IMG/VR virus record: IMGVR_UViG_3300033407_000055 | Location: 1-39,769 of that record | Length of the DNA stretch: 39,769 nt | Direction: 5' to 3' (one strand) | Source of the DNA: a virus | Taxonomy: Duplodnaviria; Caudoviricetes | Part shown: positions 8,639 through 17,993 of the stretch, in pieces | How positions within the stretch are numbered: the stretch's first letter is position 1 | Layout: each line of letters begins with the position of its first letter | The notes under the pieces: generated by a model | The model's input: the letters and a program-made list of their open reading frames with translations, nothing else | What the model was told of the DNA's origin: nothing | Database searches by the model: none | Translations under genes and position numbers: made by a program

Positions 8639-9575
8639 TCCATCGGCCCTCCTTGTTGAGAAGCAGGGGAATTAGCGTAGGCCGACCGTTGAGGATCATG
8701 GTGCAGCCTAGGACAGGTTTGCGCAGGCTGTGCTTGCCGTAGGCAAAGGCGTAGCTGTCTTTGTCGATCAGGCAGCCCCCGAACGCACCCCAGTACAGCC
8801 GGCTGCTGCTAGCCGTGTACTCAACAGAGTAGTTACCGTGGTTGTGGCCGACCATCAGGTTGCAATCGTTGTGCGCGGCGTCAGACAGGATGTTACCAGA
8901 GGCTTGGTGCTTGAACAGCACGTCACCAAGGGCAGTACGTACCCGCCAGCTCTCTGCCCAGTGCCAGCCCTCCCCCCCTCCGTTGGGGAACACGACATCT
9001 CGGTACGACTTGATCAACTGGACCGGCAGGCCATGTGCCTTAGCCCGGCGGAACGCCATACTGCCGTGGTTACTGTCGCAGATCAGCATGTCTGGGAATA
9101 TTTTCTCCAGCTTGTGCAGCCAGGACTTGCCGGCCTCAAGCTCTGCGCCAGCGCTGTCCAGATTCGGGTCGCTATCGTGGAAGCTCATGGCGTGGAAGTC
9201 CAGCTCGTCACCGGCGTTGACCACTAGGTCTGGCAAGTACTCAGCAGCCACGGTAGCCAGGAAGCTAAGGGCATCCTCGTGGTGGTACGGGGCGTGCTGG
9301 TCCGGGATGTGCAGGATACGCTCGTAGACCGGGGAGTCCCGGCGCACGTCAGCCTTACACGGCTCAGGCGCCGCGATCTTACGGCCCTCCTTCAATTCCC
9401 GGTCGGTCTTAGCCATGTTGCCCGTGTTGTCCACGAACAGCTTACGCCAGTAGGTCACGTTCTGCGGGCTGATAACCCGACCACCACCGACTGCGGTGTA
9501 CGCCTGGGCGGCTACCGTGTCGCTAGGGTTGGAGTTCAGGATAGCCTCGTGCTGTCCCGGCGTGAACAAGCGCAT
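8625..9575 (-). CDS. Calcineurin-like metallophosphoesterase with N-terminal extension
   Basis: PDQH, GDELD, SNHG and GHNH metal-binding motifs. Confidence 0.88.
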   Translation of the reverse strand: MRLFTPGQHEAILNSNPSDTVAAQAYTAVGGGRVISPQNVTYWRKLFVDNTGNMAKTDRELKEGRKIAAPEPCKADVRRDSPVYERILHIPDQHAPYHHEDALSFLATVAAEYLPDLVVNAGDELDFHAMSFHDSDPNLDSAGAELEAGKSWLHKLEKIFPDMLICDSNHGSMAFRRAKAHGLPVQLIKSYRDVVFPNGGGEGWHWAESWRVRTALGDVLFKHQASGNILSDAAHNDCNLMVGHNHGNYSVEYTASSSRLYWGAFGGCLIDKDSYAFAYGKHSLRKPVLGCTMILNGRPTLIPLLLNKEGRWNGSL

Positions 9576-9586
9576 CAATTGACCCC

Positions 9587-9955
9587 TCATACTTTCTCCT
9601 TCGCCCGTGTTGCTCGGGCCTTAGCGTTGCGAGCCAGTCGTTTCTGCTCAGGTGATTTGAACGTAGGATGGAGCGTGGTGCCGAACTGGTGCCGGGTCAG
9701 GTACTGGGCCACGTTGTTGCAGAACTTAGAGAATGCTCCTTGATCTGCTAGCCCATACCGGCCCCTGTTGTTCTCCAGCTTGCCGAGCAAGGCGTTACAG
9801 CCCCGGCACAGGACGCCCCGGAGGTGGCCACCGGTGTGGCAGTGGTCCAGGCAGGGCACCTGCGGCTTACGCTCGCAGAGGACGCATAGCCCCTTCTGCT
9901 CTGCCAGTTTCTTAGCTCGCACCGGGGCGATCTGGCTATGCTTGAGTTGTTCCAA
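9587..9955 (-). CDS. Recombination endonuclease VII-type nuclease
   Basis: CVLC...LDHCH...RGVLCRGCN. Confidence 0.92.
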   Translation of the reverse strand: MEQLKHSQIAPVRAKKLAEQKGLCVLCERKPQVPCLDHCHTGGHLRGVLCRGCNALLGKLENNRGRYGLADQGAFSKFCNNVAQYLTRHQFGTTLHPTFKSPEQKRLARNAKARATRAKEKV

Positions 9956-10910
9956 TGGAAGCTACCTCTTGTTTTGCTTGGGCTACGCGGGTTGTAAGGC
10001 ACTGGCCGGCGTAGAACATGCGGCTGTGCAAGCCTAACTCGCGCTCGTAGAAGAACCAGCCAACGAAGTCGTCCACTGCTGCGGCCTGATCGCGGCGCAT
10101 CCACAACAGGGCCATCTGCTCGGCTAGCCGATCCGGCCAATCTTCCCCATAGTAGCTGGCGTACAGTGCCGCGACTACGTGTGCAGCCTGCTCGTCGGTA
10201 TGGCATTCGGACAGGAACTTCTCGGCTGTCTTCTCACCGATCAGCTTGGCCTTGCCGTCTGCCACGTACTTCGGGAGGCCGGGGATGTCGTCCGCAGAGT
10301 CACCTTGCAGCACCTGCAACCAGAACCACTTGTGCCCGTAGACCTTCTCGTTCTCCCCGATTACACAGAACTCACTGTTGAGCCGTGTCATCTGGTAGGT
10401 TCGCCAGTCTAGGTGCCAAGCCGGGACCATGCGTAAGTCCTTGTCAGCCGTGGCGATAACCGCTTTGTCCACGCCAAGCGTGACTGCATGATACGCCATG
10501 CCGTCGTCAGCCTCGCGGGTGCCCCAGGTCTTGGTGGTGAACAGGTCGCCCTTGTAGCTGTCCAACCAGTCGCGGAGGTACTGCCAGTTCTTCGGGTGCC
10601 CGGCGCCTCGCTTACCCTGGTACGGGCGGACGGTGGCTATGATGTAGCGGTCGCCCTTGGTGCTGCCGGGGGAGGTCAGGTGTACTACGATCTTCTCGCA
10701 GCCCGCCATCGTCCGCATGTTGCCGAGCCGTGTAGCCGCACGCTGCCGTGCATCCCCCGGCGTAGTCTCGTCATTGCCGGCGCAGAAGTAGGCGAGGTAA
10801 TCCCCGTCCACTATCAACACCCGGCCCGGAACTACGTCAGGGATTTCAGCAACGGGAGCTACCGGCTGGTCAGCAGCAGCCTTAGCCGCCGCGTCTTCCA
10901 GCCAGCCCAT
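9936..10910 (-). CDS. 5'-3' exonuclease
   Basis: VDGD, PYQGKR, EADD, DKDL, GDSADDIPG motifs of the T7 gp6/FEN family. Confidence 0.93.
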   Translation of the reverse strand: MGWLEDAAAKAAADQPVAPVAEIPDVVPGRVLIVDGDYLAYFCAGNDETTPGDARQRAATRLGNMRTMAGCEKIVVHLTSPGSTKGDRYIIATVRPYQGKRGAGHPKNWQYLRDWLDSYKGDLFTTKTWGTREADDGMAYHAVTLGVDKAVIATADKDLRMVPAWHLDWRTYQMTRLNSEFCVIGENEKVYGHKWFWLQVLQGDSADDIPGLPKYVADGKAKLIGEKTAEKFLSECHTDEQAAHVVAALYASYYGEDWPDRLAEQMALLWMRRDQAAAVDDFVGWFFYERELGLHSRMFYAGQCLTTRVAQAKQEVASIGTTQA

Positions 10911-11776
10911 CAGAGCATACCAGCAAGCGGGTCGTCGTCAGCCGCGCCGCCTGCCGAAGGGACACCGCCGTCGAACGGGGCATCTTCTGCCGCGAAGTCC
11001 AGGCTACCAGCAGACAAAATTTCTGCCATCGGGCTGTCGGCCCAATTGGTAGCGGACATGATGGTTTCTTGGATCACGTTCTTGGACTTAGCCGGGGCAG
11101 TTACCTTGCCAGTCTTCTCGTCCTTGCGCTCCGGGTAGTCACCGTCGATGTACAGGCTGTCCCACATTTCTTTGGACGGGAAGTCCCACAGGAACAGGCG
11201 TAGCTCGCTGATACGCGCCGGCTTGGCGAGCGGCTGCTCCTTGCTATCCGAGTCCATCGGGTCAGCAGGGCGGACAGGCGGCGACACGTTCCACCCCTCG
11301 GTCGCACTGCCGATGCTGGCCGTGGTAATCTCGTCGGTGCTACCGGCAGGCGTCCACTTGTTGTGTACGATCCGCAGTAGCCAGTGCTTCTCAAGCAGCT
11401 GGGCCGGGTGGGTGATCGAGCTGTCACCATTGCTCAGCTTCTGGAACAGCTTGTAGTACCCGGCCTTCTCGTTCCGGCTGATCGGGGTCTTGATGGTGAT
11501 GCGGTGCGGTATCAGCTCGCCGGTTTCTTCGTTCTTGCGCGGGGCGTTCTTGCCCCCGGCCAGCTCGAAAATCCAGTGGGCGTACGGCTTGATCGAAGAC
11601 ACACACTTCACTGTCTTCTCGTGGTTGCCGACTTCGATGTAGCCAACCAGCGTTCCGATACACAGGCCTTCGGCTGGCGGAACGTAGCCGCCACCGCCAC
11701 CCTTCTGGACTTCGTTGACGTTCGGACCTTGCTTGGCTGCCTGTGCAATAGCCGCTTGAATATCGTAACCGCTCAT
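10910..11776 (-). CDS. Conserved replication-region protein, candidate ssDNA-binding protein
   Basis: Between polymerase and exonuclease as in phiKMV-like phages; acidic C-terminal tail; function inferred. Confidence 0.6.
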   Translation of the reverse strand: MSGYDIQAAIAQAAKQGPNVNEVQKGGGGGYVPPAEGLCIGTLVGYIEVGNHEKTVKCVSSIKPYAHWIFELAGGKNAPRKNEETGELIPHRITIKTPISRNEKAGYYKLFQKLSNGDSSITHPAQLLEKHWLLRIVHNKWTPAGSTDEITTASIGSATEGWNVSPPVRPADPMDSDSKEQPLAKPARISELRLFLWDFPSKEMWDSLYIDGDYPERKDEKTGKVTAPAKSKNVIQETIMSATNWADSPMAEILSAGSLDFAAEDAPFDGGVPSAGGAADDDPLAGML

Positions 11777-14091
11777 GCTTTCACCTTTGGTTGGATGTAT
11801 TGATCACGCAGGAATGTACGGTAGTACTCTGCTCTTTCTCGGACGCCGTCGATGGTGTGTTCCTCTCCCATGTTAGCGCCCCACTTGGTATCGCTCGGTA
11901 CGTGGACTGGGATCGGCCAGCCGAAGTACGTCTCCATCAGTTCGCTCGCTGCTTCCATGCTGGCGTGCAGCAGGGCGGCGGCCTCGAAGGCTACCGACTT
12001 GTCGCTGTCTGCATAGCAGGCGTCGTGTACTTGGTTGACAAGCAGCGCCTTGCCGTCGAAGTTATCGTAGTGATAGAAGGCGCGGACCGCCAGCCACATG
12101 GCTGCCTTGGCCCACTCGCCGCCCTCACCCTGGACGATGTAGTTCTTTAGCTCGGTAGGACTGAACCCTGTCCACCTGCCTTCCCGCTCGACCACGAACT
12201 TAGGACTAGGCTGTTCGATGTAAGCGTAGAGCTTGTTGTCTTGGGTACGATAATACCCAGTCCGTAGCTCGACCCGCTTGGCCGGGAAGTTCGGGTGTGG
12301 TACGGTCTTGCGGATGCCCCGCTTGCTAGCTTCAACCTGCTTGCCCAGCCAGGAGTAGAACTCCTCGACTCCTGGGTAGCGTAGGTTCTCGGCCACGATC
12401 AGAGCGTCTACTTCCTCCCGCTCCATACCTGTTGACGCGGCGATCAGTGCAGCACCAGCACCATACGCACGCTGGAAGCTGAACACCTTGGCCTTGGCAC
12501 GGCGTGTTGTCCAGACATGCTCGCCTGGGAATCCCTCGACACCCTCTGCCCTTACCGCCAGCACCACCATGTCGTAGTCCACCTTGTAGGTGGTAGCTAC
12601 TCGGGCGCAGTGCATGTCGAGGCCGGCCTTGAGGTCGGCGATCAGTTGCTTGTCGCCAGTCAGGATGGCCTGGATGTAAATCTCCAGGGCTGTGAAGTCT
12701 GACTGGATGATCTTGCCGTCCTCGAACCGAGAGACGAACACCTGCTTGACCTTGGACTTGCCACCCTTCGGGATGTTCTGTAGGTTAGGCTTGCTGGAAC
12801 TGAATCGTCCGGTAACTGTGCTGGTGTGGTTCAACGAGTGGTGTATCACACCGTCAGGTTGTACCAGGGTCAGCATCCCTACCTCGTCACCCTTCTTGTC
12901 GGTAGTGATGAAGTAAGTCCCGAGGTCTTTGGTCAGCGAAGCGTGCCGCGCCATGTCCTTGAGGAACGGGATGTCCCGCTCGCCAAGCGCTTCGATCACC
13001 GCGGCTGACGTGGAGTACGCACCCTCGGTGGCCAGTGCCCAGCCAGCATACGGCTCGGTCAGTCGTGGGAACTCGTAGTACCGGTCGCACTGTCTGGTCT
13101 TCGGGCCGCGCTCGATGTCAGGGCCAGTAACCTGCTTGGTCTTCGGGCTGCCCGCGTTCTTGCCTGACTGGTAGAACACAATGCCGGGGGCCATCAGGTC
13201 TGGTGTGGTGCTGCCGTCAGCCAGGACGTACTGCGTCTCCTTCTTCTGGTAGTAGGTCTGGTCCCCCTGCTCGTCAAGCACGAACTCGGTGCCGGTGTAC
13301 TTGACCTTGCCCCCGAAGATGAACGCAGACTTCTGCTGCCCGCTGCCCCAGTTGAAAGCCCAAGGTAGATCGGCGGGCAGGTAGCTGTGCAGCTTGGCGT
13401 CGAGCAATACCAGCTCTGCTTCCAGCTCAGCCGCTAGCTTGCGGCCTAGCTCTACGTCCACCTTCATGCCGTTCAGCTCGGCTTCGATGGTGTACAGCAG
13501 GCTGCCCATGTTGAGCAACAGGCTCTTGGTCTGGCCGCACTCACGGGCACGCTGCAACTGGCCGAGGAAAATCTTCTCGGTGTTGTTCACGTCGCCGTGC
13601 AGGTACTCGGTGATCAAGTCTTCGGGTATGTCGGGCGTGTCGATGCCCGCTTCCCACATAGCCTTGACTTCATCCACCTTGGTGTGGCCACCGTAGCGAG
13701 GGGCTACCTCGTCCAGGCTCAGCATCTGTAGCTCTGGCAGCATACCGCCGAGACAATATTCTGCAAGCTGGCAATCGAACACTATCCCACCGGCAGCAAC
13801 CCATTGCTTGTACGCTTTGTAGTTGTCCGCGTCCTTAGCGATAGCATGTAACAGGTCAAATTTTCCATTGTAGGTTACTAGCATACGTGGTCGGCTAGCC
13901 AGTAACTTAACTAGCCAGCCCCGTGTAGCGTCAGGATGTAGGAACCGCTGAGTCCTGCTGTCCTCTGACTGGCTCTTCCATCCTACATACACCACCCAGT
14001 TGTCAGGATCAAACGCGTTAGCTTTGCGTTTGAATGATGTCTTAGTGGTAGTCTCGCAGTCTAGTGTTACGTATCCGCTAAGTGTTTCCAC
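11773..14091 (-). CDS. Family A DNA polymerase
   Basis: LDCET exo I, YNGKFD, TGRFSSSKPNLQN, SDFTALE, KVFSFQRAYG, QVHDA; start reassigned to the GTG behind GGAGG. Confidence 0.97.
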   Translation of the reverse strand: METLSGYVTLDCETTTKTSFKRKANAFDPDNWVVYVGWKSQSEDSRTQRFLHPDATRGWLVKLLASRPRMLVTYNGKFDLLHAIAKDADNYKAYKQWVAAGGIVFDCQLAEYCLGGMLPELQMLSLDEVAPRYGGHTKVDEVKAMWEAGIDTPDIPEDLITEYLHGDVNNTEKIFLGQLQRARECGQTKSLLLNMGSLLYTIEAELNGMKVDVELGRKLAAELEAELVLLDAKLHSYLPADLPWAFNWGSGQQKSAFIFGGKVKYTGTEFVLDEQGDQTYYQKKETQYVLADGSTTPDLMAPGIVFYQSGKNAGSPKTKQVTGPDIERGPKTRQCDRYYEFPRLTEPYAGWALATEGAYSTSAAVIEALGERDIPFLKDMARHASLTKDLGTYFITTDKKGDEVGMLTLVQPDGVIHHSLNHTSTVTGRFSSSKPNLQNIPKGGKSKVKQVFVSRFEDGKIIQSDFTALEIYIQAILTGDKQLIADLKAGLDMHCARVATTYKVDYDMVVLAVRAEGVEGFPGEHVWTTRRAKAKVFSFQRAYGAGAALIAASTGMEREEVDALIVAENLRYPGVEEFYSWLGKQVEASKRGIRKTVPHPNFPAKRVELRTGYYRTQDNKLYAYIEQPSPKFVVEREGRWTGFSPTELKNYIVQGEGGEWAKAAMWLAVRAFYHYDNFDGKALLVNQVHDACYADSDKSVAFEAAALLHASMEAASELMETYFGWPIPVHVPSDTKWGANMGEEHTIDGVRERAEYYRTFLRDQYIQPKVKA

Positions 14092-14113
14092 GTTACCCTC
14101 CGTACTACACAGC

Positions 14114-14347
14114 TTATAGTACCCTGCGATACTCCGTACACTGCTGCCAGCGCAGCACACGGACTGCTCGGCGGTAGCTCCGGCATTTGATAGTGCGGAC
14201 AGGTAGGTACTGCTTGCCGTCCCACTCATGCAGGTTCACAGTCCCATCAGGGTAGGCCCCGGCGTATCGGTTGCCCATTACCTGGGAGCCATAGGTCCAC
14301 CGGGTTGGGCTTGTGTTCCCCGCTGGGTAGTCTTGTACTCTGATCAT
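14114..14347 (-). CDS. Hypothetical protein
   Basis: 77 aa, ATGA overlap with helicase stop. Confidence 0.65.
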   Translation of the reverse strand: MIRVQDYPAGNTSPTRWTYGSQVMGNRYAGAYPDGTVNLHEWDGKQYLPVRTIKCRSYRRAVRVLRWQQCTEYRRVL

Positions 14348-15627
14348 ACGGCCTCCACATATCTGCCAGCGGGACCATCAAGAACTAACTCCACCTTGGG
14401 AGACTTAGGATGGCCTTCGATGTGCAGCTTGTTCTTGGTTAATCCAATGAAGCGCGTGTTCTCGTACGCCGCTTCGTTCTTCGCGCCGATAGTAATGATC
14501 GCGTCGGCTGCACCTTGCTTCCCTGTCTTACTATCTTTGAGCATGGCCAGCGTGGGATAAGCAAGTCCATCGCCGTCTGCGCTGATCTGACTTGTAGCAA
14601 GAATAGGACAGTCGTGGCGAACAGCGAGGTCGCGTCCCCACTGGTACATCGCCTCAAGCATCTGGTCAGTTCGCTGTCCACCATTGATCATCTCCCCGTC
14701 GAACCGGATGTTGTCGATCATGTCGAAGATCACAATGCCGGGTGGCACCTGGCGCAAGATGTCCTCGATCTGCCAGGAGCGGTAGCCGTGGATGTCCATG
14801 ATCTTGATTACAAACTTGTCACCACCCACGGACACAGCGTAGGCTTCCCACAGTTTGCCGTCAGTCTGTAGCTGGACTACATCCTTGAGGCTGACACCCA
14901 GCGCCGACTGGATCACACGCTTCATGATCCGCTTGCCCGGCCCCTCGTTGTTGAACCAGATGATGCTGCGGCCCTGGCCTGGGTACATGCCTTCCATCTG
15001 GTGCGCCATGTACGTCAGGTTATCAGACAGCATGGTGGTCTTACCCTTGTCAGGGCGACCTGCCACTATGATGAAGTCACCGCCACGGAGTGGGCGCATA
15101 GTCAGGTTAAGGCAATCCCACCGCCACTTGAACCCGGCGTTGTTCTTGTCCTCATCGAACAAGGTATCAGTCAGCTCGACGAACGGCAGCTTGACCTTGC
15201 GCACAACCTGGGACTCGTAGTCCTCGACCAGCGCACGGCACAGCTTGGCTACATCCACCTCGTCGCCACGCTGCCACCGCTCCGCTGCATCGCTCATGGC
15301 TACAGCTAGGTCAGCCTCCAACAGCTTGGCCACTAGCATCTGCTTTGCTGTCTCGTTAGGCTCAAGCTCTGCCAGCTCGAACATCTTGCGGTACACACTG
15401 ATGTCCTCTGGCTTGAGGGTACGGTGTGCCACGGTGGTGAACCAACTCAGGAACTCCCGAGTCAGCGGGATAACTTCACAGTCCTCCACTAGTTCAAAGT
15501 ACTTGCCGAAGTCAGCAAGGATCACAGCAGTACGAGTGTCGATGGCCCGCTCGTTGACCGTGCGGTTAAGCCGCTTGTAATCCTTGCGGTGCTTTAAAAT
15601 CTGCAACAAACTTACGTCCAGTGACAC
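14344..15627 (-). CDS. DnaB-like (SF4) replicative helicase
   Basis: GRPDKGKTT Walker A, FNNE, VIFDMID, ATSQ, SKTGKQG. Confidence 0.95.
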   Translation of the reverse strand: MSLDVSLLQILKHRKDYKRLNRTVNERAIDTRTAVILADFGKYFELVEDCEVIPLTREFLSWFTTVAHRTLKPEDISVYRKMFELAELEPNETAKQMLVAKLLEADLAVAMSDAAERWQRGDEVDVAKLCRALVEDYESQVVRKVKLPFVELTDTLFDEDKNNAGFKWRWDCLNLTMRPLRGGDFIIVAGRPDKGKTTMLSDNLTYMAHQMEGMYPGQGRSIIWFNNEGPGKRIMKRVIQSALGVSLKDVVQLQTDGKLWEAYAVSVGGDKFVIKIMDIHGYRSWQIEDILRQVPPGIVIFDMIDNIRFDGEMINGGQRTDQMLEAMYQWGRDLAVRHDCPILATSQISADGDGLAYPTLAMLKDSKTGKQGAADAIITIGAKNEAAYENTRFIGLTKNKLHIEGHPKSPKVELVLDGPAGRYVEAV

Positions 15628-15628
15628 G

Positions 15629-15799
15629 CTACCTCCTGGGTTTCTTCTTGCGGATAGCCACTAGGACTAGGTGCGGGTAGCAATGGTACAGTCGCCGGGC
15701 TTTAATCCAGGCTTCTGTCTTGCTGCGGCACCCGCGAATCTCCCGCTTGAGCCATACATCTGTGATGCCTATACGGATAGTCGCAGTGTACTTCGACAT
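15629..15799 (-). CDS. Small basic hypothetical protein (56 aa, not in ORF track)
   Basis: MSKYTATIRIGITDVWLKREIRGCRSK...IRKKKPRR; AAGGAGGT RBS; fills the primase-helicase gap. Confidence 0.7.
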   Translation of the reverse strand: MSKYTATIRIGITDVWLKREIRGCRSKTEAWIKARRLYHCYPHLVLVAIRKKKPRR

Positions 15800-16608
15800 G
15801 CGGCAAGCACCTCCTTAATCTCTGCCCTGCTCAGTAGCTTAGGGTCTTTGCTGGTTACTATCTTGTGGCAGACTATGCCCACATTGGTTAAGCTTCGCAT
15901 GATCTTGCCGGCTGCTGCTTGTCCGGGGTTTCCGAACTGCCGACCGTGATCGTCGTCGAGCCACACCAGTACAGGCTTGCCCTCCGCTAGAAGCCTAGCC
16001 AATACTGGCGTAGTGATTTTGGTTCCGAGCAACGACCAGCCCTGGCTCACCTGCCCTACCCTGTACGCGGATAGGATATCCTCGGTCAGCACGATCACGT
16101 CATCCTCTCCGTAGCACGCCACAAGGGACGATCGATCCACCCTTGGGTTCAGGTACTTAGGCCCGTCTCCCGTGATGCTACGGGCCTGCCAGTAAACCAC
16201 ACGCCCATCCTCCACCACCGGCAGGATGACCCTGTTCAGTCGCTCGTTGTAGTAGGCACCGAGGTCGGCTATGTCTCGGTCAAACAGGGCTGCCTTGTAC
16301 AGCCAGACACGAGCTGCAAGTGGCCAACCAGCCACGTTGAAGTCGGCAGGGTAGGGTGGCCTAGGGTCGGCCTCTACAGCCCGCTCAGCCGCAGCCTGGG
16401 CCGCACGGCGCTGGGCTTTCTCTGCGAGGGAGGGCAAGGGCTTGGGCACCCAGCCTTTATCGGCGCAGCGGTGGCAGTACGCGGCCCAGCCTGTCGGCTT
16501 GTGGTTGACGATGAGGGTGTCACCGAGGCCACAGTCATGGCCGAGTCGCTGGCTCTTACCTTCGTCAAGCTCTTGCGCTGCTGCCAACCAGCCAGCCGGG
16601 TCAAGCAC
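15769..16608 (-). CDS. DNA primase (Zn-binding + TOPRIM), separate from helicase
   Basis: HDC...CHRC zinc ligands, YWQAR, PKYLN, LTEDILSA, WLDDD. Confidence 0.92.
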   Translation of the reverse strand: MLDPAGWLAAAQELDEGKSQRLGHDCGLGDTLIVNHKPTGWAAYCHRCADKGWVPKPLPSLAEKAQRRAAQAAAERAVEADPRPPYPADFNVAGWPLAARVWLYKAALFDRDIADLGAYYNERLNRVILPVVEDGRVVYWQARSITGDGPKYLNPRVDRSSLVACYGEDDVIVLTEDILSAYRVGQVSQGWSLLGTKITTPVLARLLAEGKPVLVWLDDDHGRQFGNPGQAAAGKIMRSLTNVGIVCHKIVTSKDPKLLSRAEIKEVLAACRSTLRLSV

Positions 16609-16687
16609 CTGACCATGCCCACCACTCCAACCAGCAGAGCAGTAGGGTTCCTGTTACTACCACCACGCACATCGCTTTGTCTGACAT
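16601..16687 (-). CDS. Putative 28-aa membrane peptide (not in ORF track)
   Basis: MSDKAMCVVVVTGTLLLCWLEWWAWSGA; GAGGT RBS; stop overlaps primase start. Confidence 0.5.
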   Translation of the reverse strand: MSDKAMCVVVVTGTLLLCWLEWWAWSGA

Positions 16688-16695
16688 GGTTCACC

Positions 16696-16896
16696 TCAGT
16701 GCAGTACCCCGTAAGCCTTGGCCTTCTCACGAGCAATGCTCTTGAGTACCAGGGATTGCATACCCTCAAGCAGTTTTAATAGCCGGCCAGTTTCTAGGCC
16801 GTGAGGTACAGAGCAACGGAGCATCTGCTCACCCCGCTCGGCGTACACCACAGTCCCGGTGGCCGTTGGTTCCGTGTGCCATTTGGTCAAGCGCAT
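16696..16896 (-). CDS. Hypothetical protein
   Basis: MRLTKW start with GGAGG RBS. Confidence 0.7.
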   Translation of the reverse strand: MRLTKWHTEPTATGTVVYAERGEQMLRCSVPHGLETGRLLKLLEGMQSLVLKSIAREKAKAYGVLH

Positions 16897-16957
16897 ACAG
16901 TCCTCCAATAGAGACAGCCCACCCGGAGGCAGGCTGTCGTGTCACAGACCAGGAGTA

Positions 16958-17341
16958 TTACAGGCCGGCGAGTTCGTCTTCCGGCTCTGCTACTGGTGCG
17001 GTGTTGTCTACCGCAGACAGCAGCTTGCTGACCTCAACCTCGAACAGCTCAGCAGCAGCGCCTTCGCCAGCCAGTACCTTGACCTTGCGCTTGCCGTCCA
17101 CATCGTAAGCAGCGATGACGTTACCCGATACAGTGCGACGAGTCTCGGCACGGCCAGCCTCGAAGGTGACAGTGAAGCCGGAGCCTACGTTTTGCAGTGC
17201 GTCCTCACGGGCCTGCTCTTCACGCAGGTCGTTGGCTTGGGCCAGGAAAGCAGCAGCCTTCTCCTCGAACTGTGCGATCTTCTCGGCACGGGTCAGGACG
17301 ATGCGGACTTTGGCGACGGCTGCGGTTTGTACTTCGGACAT
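16958..17341 (-). CDS. Hypothetical protein (coiled coil plus small beta domain, acidic tail)
   Basis: MSEVQT start with GGAG RBS; flanked by hairpins. Confidence 0.8.
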   Translation of the reverse strand: MSEVQTAAVAKVRIVLTRAEKIAQFEEKAAAFLAQANDLREEQAREDALQNVGSGFTVTFEAGRAETRRTVSGNVIAAYDVDGKRKVKVLAGEGAAAELFEVEVSKLLSAVDNTAPVAEPEDELAGL

Positions 17342-17425
17342 GGTGTATCTCCAATCAAGGGTGGGTATCGCTAGGCTCGGAAGTGAGCCGCACTGCACCC
17401 TGCTACCAAGGTGCAGTACGAACAC

Positions 17426-17740
17426 TTACTCCCAGTCGAACACTGACTCGAAAGGGTAGGCTTCGGGGTAGCCCGGCTCCGGGTAGTTTATGCCGTTAGT
17501 GACCAGCACTACGGCCTTCATGTCAGTGCTGTCGGCGCCCTTGCCGCCGTCGAAGTGAAAGCCTTGAAAGGTTTCATCAGGGCCAAGCCGCTCGTGTAGC
17601 TCACGGTACTCGGTGTGCTGCTCGACGTACTCGAAGGGGCGGCGTAGGTCTAGGCCTACTGCTCGGCCCAGCAGGTCAAGCATTGGTACTGACACACCGT
17701 CACGGAGGTTCAGGTCTTTGCGCTGCTGTGGATTAAGCAT
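17426..17740 (-). CDS. Hypothetical protein
   Basis: MLNPQQ start with GGAG RBS, overlaps upstream stop. Confidence 0.7.
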   Translation of the reverse strand: MLNPQQRKDLNLRDGVSVPMLDLLGRAVGLDLRRPFEYVEQHTEYRELHERLGPDETFQGFHFDGGKGADSTDMKAVVLVTNGINYPEPGYPEAYPFESVFDWE

Positions 17741-17993
17741 TGATGTTCTCCAGATTGCGGGCGAGTTTGCTTGCCTTGCTGTGTACATCCTGTGCTTCAC
17801 GATGCTCAAGCTCCAGCTCGTGATCAGCGAGCAGGCCGGCATGTCGGATACGCTCTACCTGCTGGTGAGTACGGGCACGGACTACCACTTGCTCATCCCG
17901 TACACGCTCTGCCTTGGCTGCTGCCTTGCTGGCTTCACGTCGTAGGAGTACAACACACACACGGATCGCACGGGTCAGGATTTGGTAGATCAT
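17733..17993 (-). CDS. Hypothetical coiled-coil protein
   Basis: 86 aa, TAATG coupling to upstream gene. Confidence 0.7.
   Translation of the reverse strand: MIYQILTRAIRVCVVLLRREASKAAAKAERVRDEQVVVRARTHQQVERIRHAGLLADHELELEHREAQDVHSKASKLARNLENINA

Noticed and set aside
14092-14229. N-terminal extension of DNA polymerase in the ORF track
   Set aside because: It overlaps the upstream gene; the GTG at 14091 has a GGAGG RBS just before the exonuclease motif.
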